Below, in pieces: positions 41,444 to 50,698 of a stretch of DNA of 64,000 bases (its first letter is position 1; each line of letters begins with the position of its first letter). This stretch comes from a candidate division FCPU426 bacterium (GTDB lineage Bacteria > Oederibacteriota > Muellerivitia > Muellerivitales > Muellerivitaceae). The notes beneath the pieces are model-generated. The model made no database searches, was not told the origin of the DNA, and saw only the letters and a program-made list of their open reading frames with translations. The translations under genes were made by a program, and so were the position numbers. The stretch is from positions 1,152,001 through 1,216,000 of the forward strand of contig CAWCKJ010000004.1 in NCBI GenBank assembly GCA_963796105.1. Reading direction: 5' to 3'.

Positions 41444-41478
41444 AAGGCCGGATCCCTTTGGGGTCCGGCCTTTTTTTT
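41444..41478 (+). terminator. Intrinsic terminator of the cyc2 operon
   Basis: AAGGCCGGATCC-ctttg-GGGTCCGGCC followed by T8. Confidence 0.85.
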
Positions 41479-41564
41479 ATGCGACGATTCCGAATACGCG
41501 CCAATTCACTCTTGAAAGAATGAATGGGCCGGTTCGGACAGCCCCTATCGTTATGTTCGCTTAG

Positions 41565-43238
41565 TCACGGGTTGCGCCAAACATCCGCGTAATAGGAGGC
41601 CCCGCCCGGGACGAAGGCGCATCCTCCCGCGGCCCAAAACTCGTTGTTGAACACGTAACTCCCGGCCGCGAAGCGTTCCGCGAAAGGAAGGGTGGGATAG
41701 GCCTGGGTCCAGTTCGTCCCGTCGCTGGAGACCCACACGTCGTCATCCACGCCCGTGTTGGGAATGGTCGGGAAGTAGGGGCTGCCTGCGCCCCCCAACA
41801 GCCATATCTGGTTGTTGAAAACCTGGGCCGCGGCGTAAACCCGCCCGCTGAAGCCCGCGTTGGCGGCCGCCTGGTTCCAATTCTGCCCGTCGGTGGAATA
41901 CCAGCTGTCGTTCATCGCGTTCACCAGGTAGGCGTCGGCCCCCGCGGAAGGGTCGGCATAAGCGGTTCCGCCGGCGATGACCCAAATGGCCCCGTTGAAC
42001 ACCACGCAGGAGGCGCCGGTCCTGGGCGAGGGGAAATTGCCCTCCGGGGTCCAGTTCACGCCGTCGGGCGAGCTCCAAACGTCCGAGAGGGCGCCCAGTC
42101 CCAGGTTGTTGTCCCCGCCGATCACCCAGATCTTGTTGTTGAAGACCACGCAGCCGAAACTTTGCCTGGCCGCGAAGGGTGCGGCAGTCAGGACCTGGGT
42201 CCAATGGACCCCGTCGGTGGAGGACCAGACGTCGTTGCCGTAGCCCCCCGTGACGATCCCGCCGATGAGCCACATCTGGTTGTTGAAAACCACCGCTCCC
42301 ATGCTCCAACGGGTGCCGAAAGGCGTGTTGGTGACGGCTTGGGACCAGGTCACGCCGTTGGAAGAGGACCAGACGTCGGCTTTCACACCCCCTTGTATGG
42401 AGCAATCGGTCCCGCCCCCGATGAGCCACATCTTGTTGTTGTAAACCAGGCTTCCCGAGAACATCCGTTCCCCGAAAGCCGCGGAGGCGGTGGCCTCGAC
42501 CCAGCCGAGGGGGCCCGGCGTAGAGGTCAGGGTCGCCGTCATTGTCGTGGTGGAAGTGACTGTCGCGGTGGCCGTGGATGTCACGGTGTCCGTGGATGTC
42601 ACGGTGGAACTGGGGGTAAAAGACAGGGTCCCGGTTGGGGTGGCGGTAAAGGTGTTCGTGACCGTAACGGTAGGCGAGGCGGTGAGAGTAGGCGACGAAG
42701 TAGAAGTCGTGGTATCCGAATCCGTGGGTGAGGCTGTATTCGTGGCGGTATAGGTCGAAGTATAGGTGGGCGTATTGGTATTTGCCGGGGGAAGGGAAGT
42801 GAGGGTATAGGTCGGTGTCGCCGGGACTGGCGTTTCCGTGAAGGAGGCGGTCCCAGTCGATGTCAAAGTGGCTATAGGCGTCTGGGAGGATGTCTCGCTA
42901 GGGGTCGACGAATCGGTCGGTATGGCGGTGAAGCTATAGGTGGGGGTAGCCATTTGGGTAGGGGTATTAGCGGGAGGAACGGACGTGGGGGTATTGGTAA
43001 AAGTGGAAGTTAGGAGTGAGGAAGTAGAAGTTAGGGTTGGCGAAGCGGTGAAGGTATAGGTTGAGGTTTGGGGTATAGGGGTGGTAGAAACCGTCGGTAA
43101 GACCTGGGTGGGGGTTGAGGTATCCGCCAGAATGGGAGAAGAAGGGGATTGGGAAAAGGACCTTTGACAGCCGGATTCCAGGACTACACCCGCTAATAAA
43201 GCCGCCAGGGATGAAATAACGTATATTTTATAACGCAT
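41565..43238 (-). CDS. Lipoprotein with Thr/Pro stalk and C-terminal Kelch-like propeller
   Basis: MRYKIY...ESGC lipobox-like; repeats VVFNNQMWLIGG...DVWSSxDGVxWTQ. Confidence 0.85.
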   Translation of the reverse strand: MRYKIYVISSLAALLAGVVLESGCQRSFSQSPSSPILADTSTPTQVLPTVSTTPIPQTSTYTFTASPTLTSTSSLLTSTFTNTPTSVPPANTPTQMATPTYSFTAIPTDSSTPSETSSQTPIATLTSTGTASFTETPVPATPTYTLTSLPPANTNTPTYTSTYTATNTASPTDSDTTTSTSSPTLTASPTVTVTNTFTATPTGTLSFTPSSTVTSTDTVTSTATATVTSTTTMTATLTSTPGPLGWVEATASAAFGERMFSGSLVYNNKMWLIGGGTDCSIQGGVKADVWSSSNGVTWSQAVTNTPFGTRWSMGAVVFNNQMWLIGGIVTGGYGNDVWSSTDGVHWTQVLTAAPFAARQSFGCVVFNNKIWVIGGDNNLGLGALSDVWSSPDGVNWTPEGNFPSPRTGASCVVFNGAIWVIAGGTAYADPSAGADAYLVNAMNDSWYSTDGQNWNQAAANAGFSGRVYAAAQVFNNQIWLLGGAGSPYFPTIPNTGVDDDVWVSSDGTNWTQAYPTLPFAERFAAGSYVFNNEFWAAGGCAFVPGGASYYADVWRNP

Positions 43239-43331
43239 AGGGAATTCCTTTAAAGCCAGTATGTCCTTCCCCTTATAGAGGGACACGCCAGGAATTTATT
43301 CCCTGAAAACTGAACTGTCTGGTTATTTATT

Positions 43332-43389
43332 AGACAACCATAAGTCAACCTATCAGACAACCATCAGTAAACCCATCAGTCAAACCAAC
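43332..43389. repeat. Five degenerate 11-12-bp direct repeats
   Basis: AGACAACCATA / AGTCAACCTATC / AGACAACCATC / AGTAAACCCATC / AGTCAAACCAAC. Confidence 0.6.
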
Positions 43390-43672
43390 AATCTGGGCGC
43401 TGACACTGCCGGCCTGTCCTGGATAACCTTTGGCTTGCTGTCCGAGGCCACAAGCCGAGGGCAATGCTTGCAAGCGCAGATTTATAAGAAATCTGTGCTG
43501 GCTTCCTAGGTCAAACTTTTACCCATTTTTAAGGTTTTTTTGATGGCCCACCAATAATTCCCGATTTTATAATCCTTCTAGTTGTCATCGCGAGAAGATA
43601 CCCCAATCAGGGTGATCATCGACGTGGCGACCCCAGTTAGTTTTGCGTTTTGCCGGTAATACCCAGCGGAAA

Positions 43673-44334
43673 GGGAGATAACCCGCCCACATTACTGGTG
43701 GCATATGCCGGTAGGGGGAGATAACCCGCCCACATTACCGGTGGCATTTGTCGGCAGGGGGGGATAACCCGCCCACATTCCCGGGAACATCTGTCGGCAG
43801 GGAGGATAACCCGCCCACATTCCTGGTGGCATGTGCCGGTAGGGGAGGATAACCCGCCCACATTCCTGGTGGCATGTGCCGGTAGGGGAGGATAACCCGC
43901 CCACATTCCTGGGAACATGTGTCGGAAGGGAGGATAACCCACCCACATTACTGGTGGCATATACCGGTAGGGGGAGATAACCCGCCCACATTGCCGGGAA
44001 CATCTGTCGGAAGGGAGGATAACCCGCCCACATTCCTGGGGGTATGTGTCGGCAGGAGAGGATAACCCGCCCACATTCCTGGGGGTATGTGTCGGCAGGA
44101 GAGGATAACCCGCCCACATTCCTGGGGGCATATGCCGGTAGGGGAGGATAACCCGCCCACATTCCCGGGAACATGTGTCGGCAAGAGAGGATAACCCGCC
44201 CACATTGCTGGTGGCATGTGTCGGCAGGGGGGGATAACCCGCCCACATTACTGGTGGCATATGCCGGCATGGGAGGATAACCCGCCCACATTTCCGGCGA
44301 CTTCCGTCGGCAAGGGAGGAAAAACCGCCCTCTT
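43673..44334. repeat. Tandem array of 15 (+1 degenerate) 42-43-bp units with a near-invariant GATAACCCGCCCACATT core
   Basis: Cores (ATAACCC) at 43678, 43721, 43764, 43806, 43849, 43892, 43934, 43977, 44019, 44062, 44105, 44148, 44191, 44234 and 44277; degenerate copy at 44320. Confidence 0.95.
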
Positions 44335-44535
44335 AGCTAGATTATTTTGTTAATAAATTGAAGTTTTGGCTGGGTCTCTGTGTCCCTGTGGTGAAAAACT
44401 ATTTTTCGTTGGTGTGGAAGATAACCCGCCGGCATTGGTGCTTTTATGGGCACCAACACACGCAATTCTTGTGGCTCGGTTTGTAACCTCGCCACAGCGG
44501 CATAGGCGGTTACTTAATATTAAAAGGAGTCATAT

Positions 44536-45195
44536 ATGCCTGAATCTAAACAAGACCCCATGAAATGGCTCAAACAGGTTGCGGATTTGAACGCCTATCT
44601 TAACGGCCGATATACCGCTCCAAGGCCTGAACTTAAAGAAGCCCTGAAACTAAGCGACAGCCAAATCACGGATCTTCTCAACCTTAAAAACTGTTTCGAC
44701 CAGCCGGCAATCGACAAAGTCCGCAAGGCGGCCAAAGGCAAGCCCGGCTTTGCACTCTCCTCAAGAAGCGCCCTGGCCCTGGCGGAACTGAGAGGCCGGG
44801 TTGATGACTTTCGCAGGGTATTCCATGAGGCTTTGGATGTGGTTTTGACCCACCGGTTGGCAACCCTAAAAACCACGGGTTTGGTAAACCATATTTTAAG
44901 CGGAAAACCGGCCAAGGACTTTGATCCTTCCCAGGTCAAAAGAAAGACCCGGTCCGATAAAAAATCCCGTATCCAATCAAATGGACCGGTTTCCGAACCA
45001 AAGATGAAAGAGGCCAAGGGTAATCAGCAAGACTCTCCGAAAGACGCTATTTTCGGGTGTTTAACTTGTCTTTTCTTGATTTGGTTGTTTTTTCCTGTTG
45101 TAGGTTCATGCGTAAAGCACTTGTGTTGTAATTCCAAGGCCTCGTCGGAGGCCGCAAGTACGCCCGTGGTGGGTTCATCGAACCCGGGGAAGTGA
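44536..45195 (+). CDS. Hypothetical protein: ParB/Spo0J-HTH-like domain plus C-terminal transmembrane helix
   Basis: AAGGAG RBS; ELKEALKLSDSQITDLLNL...LSSRSALALAEL...HRLATLKTTGLV resembles the ParB central domain; hydrophobic IFGCLTCLFLIWLFFPVVG. Confidence 0.6.
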   Translation: MPESKQDPMKWLKQVADLNAYLNGRYTAPRPELKEALKLSDSQITDLLNLKNCFDQPAIDKVRKAAKGKPGFALSSRSALALAELRGRVDDFRRVFHEALDVVLTHRLATLKTTGLVNHILSGKPAKDFDPSQVKRKTRSDKKSRIQSNGPVSEPKMKEAKGNQQDSPKDAIFGCLTCLFLIWLFFPVVGSCVKHLCCNSKASSEAASTPVVGSSNPGK

Positions 45196-45222
45196 AGGAT
45201 ATAGGCTTCACCCGCGCAAGGG

Positions 45223-46362
45223 TCACCGGTTTTTTTCTTTCGCGGGTTCACCCGAATAGACGATTTTAAAAATTCTTTCCCCGTGGTCGTCTGAAACGAA
45301 GAGCTCCCCATGCGGACCGGTCAATAGGTCCACCGGTCTTCCAATACGCTCCTCCCCCTGGAGGAACCCCCAAAGAAAATCCTTCGGTTTTCCAGCTTTA
45401 TTCCCGTCCAACGGCACATAAACCACTTTATAGCCCACGGGAAAGGTCCGGTTCCAGCTTCCATGGAAACAGATATAAAGCCCATTCCTGAATTTTTCCG
45501 GGAAAACAGTGCCTGTATAGAAGTTGATCCCCAAGGGCGCGGAGTGCGCTTGGTACTCAAAAACCGGGTAACCGGTCTGGCGGACGCCGTGACGGCCCAA
45601 TTCCGGGTCTGGGACGGCTTTTCCCCTCAGCGTGTAGGAATAGGGCCAGCCGTAATCTTTTCCTTGTTCGAGGAGATAAAAAGTCTCAGGGGGAAGGTCA
45701 TCGCCCAGGTAATCGCGGCCGTTGCAGGAGGCCCAGAGATCCCGGGTCCCGGGACGAACACAAAGGCCCACGGCGTTTCGCAAACCTTTTGCGAACACCT
45801 CGAAACCCGTTCCGTCCGGGTTGCAGCGGCAGACGGAGGCGTAACGGGGGTCCTTTTCCTCGCAGGAATCGCAGGTGCTCCCGATGGAAATATATAATTT
45901 GCCATCCGGGTTGAAAACCAGGGTGCGGGTGAAATGCCTGCCGCCCGGGGGAAGTTCCACCAATGTTTGGCCGTCTTCCTTAAAAAGCCGGTGGTCCACA
46001 AGTGGAAACCGGGAAACTCGGTTAGTCTCCCCAACGTAGAGGGACCCTTGGTAAAAAGCCAGGCTGTGGGGATTATCCAAACCCTCGATGGCGATCCGGG
46101 TTTGGTCTGAAGTTCCCCGATTGCCCTTGTCCAAAAGCTCCAGGACTCTCCCGCCCTTCATGTCGCAGACCCAAAGGTTCCCCTCCGGGGACAGGGCCAT
46201 TCCCCGCGCGTTACCCAAGCCGGAGGCGTATACGGAAACTTTGAATCCAGGAGGAACGGATAGCCTTGACGCGGCATCGGCCCAGGCGCACCGGGCCAAC
46301 GGTAAAAGCAAGGCGGAGAAAATCAGCAGGAAATATTTTTGAATCGACCTGTTGCTGGACAT
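45223..46362 (-). CDS. PQQ-dependent sugar/sorbosone dehydrogenase (GSDH family)
   Basis: HFTRTL, GLRNAVG, NGRDYLGDDLPPE, AHSAPLG, HGSWNR, GRPVD, VSDD. Confidence 0.92.
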   Translation of the reverse strand: MSSNRSIQKYFLLIFSALLLPLARCAWADAASRLSVPPGFKVSVYASGLGNARGMALSPEGNLWVCDMKGGRVLELLDKGNRGTSDQTRIAIEGLDNPHSLAFYQGSLYVGETNRVSRFPLVDHRLFKEDGQTLVELPPGGRHFTRTLVFNPDGKLYISIGSTCDSCEEKDPRYASVCRCNPDGTGFEVFAKGLRNAVGLCVRPGTRDLWASCNGRDYLGDDLPPETFYLLEQGKDYGWPYSYTLRGKAVPDPELGRHGVRQTGYPVFEYQAHSAPLGINFYTGTVFPEKFRNGLYICFHGSWNRTFPVGYKVVYVPLDGNKAGKPKDFLWGFLQGEERIGRPVDLLTGPHGELFVSDDHGERIFKIVYSGEPAKEKNR

Positions 46363-48620
46363 TGAATCCTCTGCGGCCCATGAAAACCGTCTTTTTGGCT
46401 AGATGGAACCCTGTACCAAGGTATAGCCTACCAAACCTCAAAGTGAGGGATGAGAAAGGCTTTTTCATTGTAAAAACCAGTAGGTCCGAAAACAACGCCT
46501 ATCGGACATCCATTTAAGGACAATTTCTTTTGAGACGTCGCCTGGAAATAACACATGGCGACACTGATCATTGCGGAACGGTCAAGCCAATACAGGTGCT
46601 CTTGTTAGGGCCTTGGGCAGTCCAAGGCGGACCGAGTTTCATAACAAGAACAAATTAATCGCCGATGGCTGTTGGTTAGGGAAGGTTATGGTGTCAGCGC
46701 GGTTTAATTACTCAACAACAACTTGAAAGAAAAAAGGTCCCAATTAATTAGCTACCAAGGCCCAGGTTTGGTGCAAAACCCCGAATGACTTAAAGACCTA
46801 AAGTGACGAATTGTCACTGCCACCCGCTGAGGTGCTGGGGGCCTGACCCCCTTTTTTGGATAAAAGAGAGCAAGTCACCAGGAGCTAAGGTCGGTCGGAA
46901 AAGGAAGAAAGCAGAACTCATTTTTTAAAGAATTAAATTGATTCCCAGGAAATTGCTTTTAAATGAGAGTTTACAGAACCCATTTTTTCAAAAATTATTC
47001 GTAGTTCTTCGTTTACTTTTGAATCATTCATGGATTTTCCAAACTTAAACAGATGAACGGGGTGCCCAATAGAACCCCCTTTATTCCAAATCTCAAAAAG
47101 GTTTTTCATAAAAGGAATTAATTTTTCAGGGAATTTCCTTACAACTACTTCAATAATCTCTTCGGAATGAAGAATGAAAAGATGCTCCAAAGGCAATTTC
47201 TCTTTGCCCGAATTAAAGGTTTTGATTTTTTCCAATATTTGAGAAAACCATTCAATGCAAATTTGGGGTTCAGCTTTTAAATGATCGGTAACAATTAATT
47301 GGACCTTATCCATAGCGCTTCTAGAAAAAGGCCCTTTCATAAGTTGGTCAATATAAGGTCTAAAAACATGAAACTCTTCTGGCCTACTGTGGAGAATAGA
47401 CCAAAATTGCCAAGCCAATTCTCCCCGAAGATTTTCATCTTCTACTTGATCACTTGCTAAAATCCTCATCATTTCTTTTTGAAAATATGACGGATCAAAT
47501 GAAAGTCCCTCCACATTCCTAAAAGACAGATGTCGGTACACAGCATTGAAAAGCAAAAGATGGGATGAATCTTTATATGGTCGAAGAACTTCGAAAACTT
47601 TAATCGCTTCTTCTGTTGTTAAATCGCAAAAATTTATAAATAAACTAACCAAATGATCAGCCAGTTCATTCCAACTACTATGTTTTTTCAGAAGTTCAAG
47701 ATACTGAAATGAAAAAATTGAAAATAACGCGTACTCGCCTTGACGGGGATATTTATTACACCCGCTTAGCAAATTTCGATTTCCAGCAATTTGTATTAAC
47801 GGAATTACGGCTTGGAACTTGATATAAAGATTTTTATGGGAAAGCAATTTTTCCGTGAACCTTAAACATTCTGAAATATATTTTTGATCGTTAGCAAGAA
47901 ATCCAATTCTCCAAGCTAAGCCCCCCAATACTGTTTCGATGGGAAATGCATATTCACCTTTGACAATTTTTTCGTGATGTTTGAAACCGACACTCGTCAT
48001 GTCAACGCTAGGATCGCCTGGGTCGGGGTCATTTATGAAAGTTTTTACCAACCAATAAATATCATCAATTCTTTTTTGATTATTTAACCAATCCGCAAGG
48101 CGAACTATTGTTTGGCGATCTTCAGTATCGGGAAATAGTTCTTCGGGACTATTTTTCCTAAACAATTCTTTAGTTATCTTAAATATCTTTTCTTTAAACT
48201 CGTCCCCAAGACCGTGAAAGGTATAAAGCCACTTCCTAAACAATTCCATGTGATTTAACAAATCTTTGAAATTCAAACCTTCATACGCAGTCAAAAAACC
48301 CTTTTCCAGCAATAGCTCGTGATGTTCGTTTTTTAGAAGCCAAATCTCATCCAGATTTGGATAATTTAATCGGCTAGTAAATATATTACTAAGCGCGTTT
48401 AAGTAATCGCCCAAGTCACCAAAGGTATACTGGTTAAGAAGTAACAAAATCCTTTTTGATACCGGACCATTAAAATAATTTCCTAATTGTTTGTTTGCGT
48501 GATAAATGTGTTCTTCAGTGTTTTCTCGGATTACTTGAGCGGAATTAACACTTCCGGTCCGAGATCCAAAAGACAATAAGACATCATTTTTACGACCCTC
48601 CTTTTTTTCTAATTTATTAA

Positions 48621-49912
48621 GGGAACCTCTAAAAATTCCTGTTTGAAGTGCTATCAGATGATGAAAGCCGTTTCGTAGCATTCAACCCACTGATGCGGAG
48701 GGCTTTTACTCCCTGCTTCGCTCTCTTTCAACCTTTCAGTAGCCTTCAGAACCTTCCAAACAGCCAAAATCTATCCAACAACCGTCTTTGGGCGCATTCG
48801 TCCCATCAGGTAAGCAAACCGTTGCATATTGTAAGCGATGTTCCTCATTCCAATCTTCATCCGGGCTCTCACCTTTCCCACCACCCGCAACCAATTGCCT
48901 CCCATCGCCACTTCCATGTGCCCAAATACATGCTCCACCCGAACCCGAACCTTAGACCGGGCCTTGTTCAATTTCTCCTGGAACGCCGTTAGCGGATGAT
49001 TCCGTTTGGATTTATAATGAGTCCGGTTGTCATAGTCTTTACGCTTCAAAGCCTTACTTTTTTTACCTGATCGGTACGCACTATCCGCCCAAATCTTCTT
49101 CCGGTTCTTCCCGTCCAAAATCACCTCAAAAATCTCGCTGTCGTGCACCGAGGCCGCCGTCACCTCAAACTTACGGATCAACTTGTGCTTCCTATCCACA
49201 TTGATGTGGTTTTTGTACCCGTAGTGATTCACGCCGTTTTTCTTCATCCACCGCGCATCCACATCCTTTTGCTTCAGCTTGTCGGGCGCCTTCTTCCACT
49301 CCTGGGGTGTTTCCCCCCTCTTGATCTGGTCGTTTTCATCCTTGTTGTTCCTCTGCCGGGGAACCTCCACGATGGAAGCGTCGATGATCTGCCCTTCCTG
49401 GGCCTTCAACCCCGCCTTGTCCAGGTGCCGGTTGAACTTCTCGAACAAACGGTCAATCCAACCACCTTCCGCCAGCTTGTTGCGGTACATCCAGATGGTC
49501 TTTTCATCCGGTACATCCCCATCCATCCCCAACCCCAGAAAACGCATGAAACTTAAGCGATCCTGGATATAGAACTGGGTTCTCCCGTCCGCGAGGTTGT
49601 AAAGCGCCTGCAAAACCAGCACTTTGAACATCAACACTTCGTCGTAGGGCTTCCGTCCCACTTCGGTCTTCTTCTGCTTATCGCGCAATGCCTTGCGCAA
49701 CATGCTGCGAAAATCCTCCCACGGAACCACACGGTTCAGGGCTTGCAACGGATCCTTCATTTCATCCAACGCCTTCAAACGGTTTTCCAAGTCGAAAAAT
49801 CCGGTTTGTCCCATCGCGGTACCTCTTCCATGGAATTTTTGGCGCTTTCACGCCTTGATTACTCCTTGTACCGCTTTCATCCCGTCTCTACAATGAATTT
49901 TTAGAGGCCCCC
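48621..49912 (-). mobile_element. IS5-family insertion sequence (1292 bp)
   Basis: TIRs GGGAACCTCTAAAAATTC / GAATTTTTAGAGGCCCCC; TTAA target duplication at 48617-48620 and 49913-49916. Confidence 0.95.
48771..49814 (-). CDS. IS5 family DDE transposase
   Basis: GRKPYD, VPDEKTIW, IIDAS, YGYKNH, ADSAY, RVRVEHVFG. Confidence 0.95.
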   Translation of the reverse strand: MGQTGFFDLENRLKALDEMKDPLQALNRVVPWEDFRSMLRKALRDKQKKTEVGRKPYDEVLMFKVLVLQALYNLADGRTQFYIQDRLSFMRFLGLGMDGDVPDEKTIWMYRNKLAEGGWIDRLFEKFNRHLDKAGLKAQEGQIIDASIVEVPRQRNNKDENDQIKRGETPQEWKKAPDKLKQKDVDARWMKKNGVNHYGYKNHINVDRKHKLIRKFEVTAASVHDSEIFEVILDGKNRKKIWADSAYRSGKKSKALKRKDYDNRTHYKSKRNHPLTAFQEKLNKARSKVRVRVEHVFGHMEVAMGGNWLRVVGKVRARMKIGMRNIAYNMQRFAYLMGRMRPKTVVG

Positions 49913-50698
49913 TTAATATCTAATTTACCAATATTTGGAATAAATAATTCTTTTTCCCCGTATTTAATAGATTCTAAAATTTGATGAATAATTTCTTGTT
50001 CACCGCCCCGCTTCACCCTTATGCCCATTGGAACACGAACAAAGTAATAATCATCTAGAAAACTTTTATCGGTTTTACTTAATTCTTTATTTAAACGATC
50101 TAAATTCAAAATGTAGGAAGCGGTTATTTCTTGGTCTCGTCTATCTAATATTCTTTTTACTTCGATCAGCAGGCAGCTTTTTTCCAAGTAATAATCTGGC
50201 GATGGTCCTTCCGAGCTGCTATCCGAATCAGGGCTAGAAATATTTTCACTGGTAATAGACGGAAAGTATTTCAGATAGTAATAATTAATAAACATTTCAA
50301 GATACTTATTTTCATTTTTACTCTTTGATAAGAAATTCAACTTAATCGCACTTGGCATATTTTCTCCGATAGATTTTAAAAAAGGAAAAGGATAACTTTA
50401 AAAAACAAAGGTGCCAACATTCATCACTTTAGGGTCGCCCCAACAACCTCAAGCCAAAAAACCAACCTTCACCCGATGTTCAATCCAAACTCAAATTAAT
50501 ATCGGGATTTCTAAGCACCTTATCCAAAGGCTCCCCGACATGGACATTATTTCCCCCCCAAATCCACTCGATTCTACCTCTTTCGAATGCAGTCCGCCTT
50601 ATGGCATCTCCAAGATCAGTCTCCGCTTCAGCGGGTTGAAGGCGTGGTACGAGTGAAAAAACCCGGAGCGTTTAAAATTTTGTTATCCTAAACCCATC

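Larger units (their letters stand above)
46933..50358 (-). pseudogene. AT-rich 709-aa gene with N-terminal PD-(D/E)xK-like motif, split by IS5
   Basis: Removing the IS and one TTAA rejoins ...GKLDI-NKLEKKEG in frame (2130 nt). Motif PSPDYYLEKSCLLIEVK. Confidence 0.85.

Noticed and set aside
43637..44291. Three minus-strand repetitive ORFs (MWAGYPP/NVGGLS/ECGRVI)
   Set aside because: They arise because the 42-43-bp unit lacks stops on that strand. The period is mostly not a multiple of 3 and the same peptides cycle through all frames.
43673..44334. CRISPR array interpretation of the 43-bp repeats
   Set aside because: The variable parts are related variants of one sequence (some identical), not unique spacers. 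The period is too short and there are no cas genes in the window.
46933..48681. Independent 582-aa ORF and separate 156-aa ORF at 49888-50358
   Set aside because: The predicted start and stop lie inside the IS5 ends. They are two halves of one interrupted gene.
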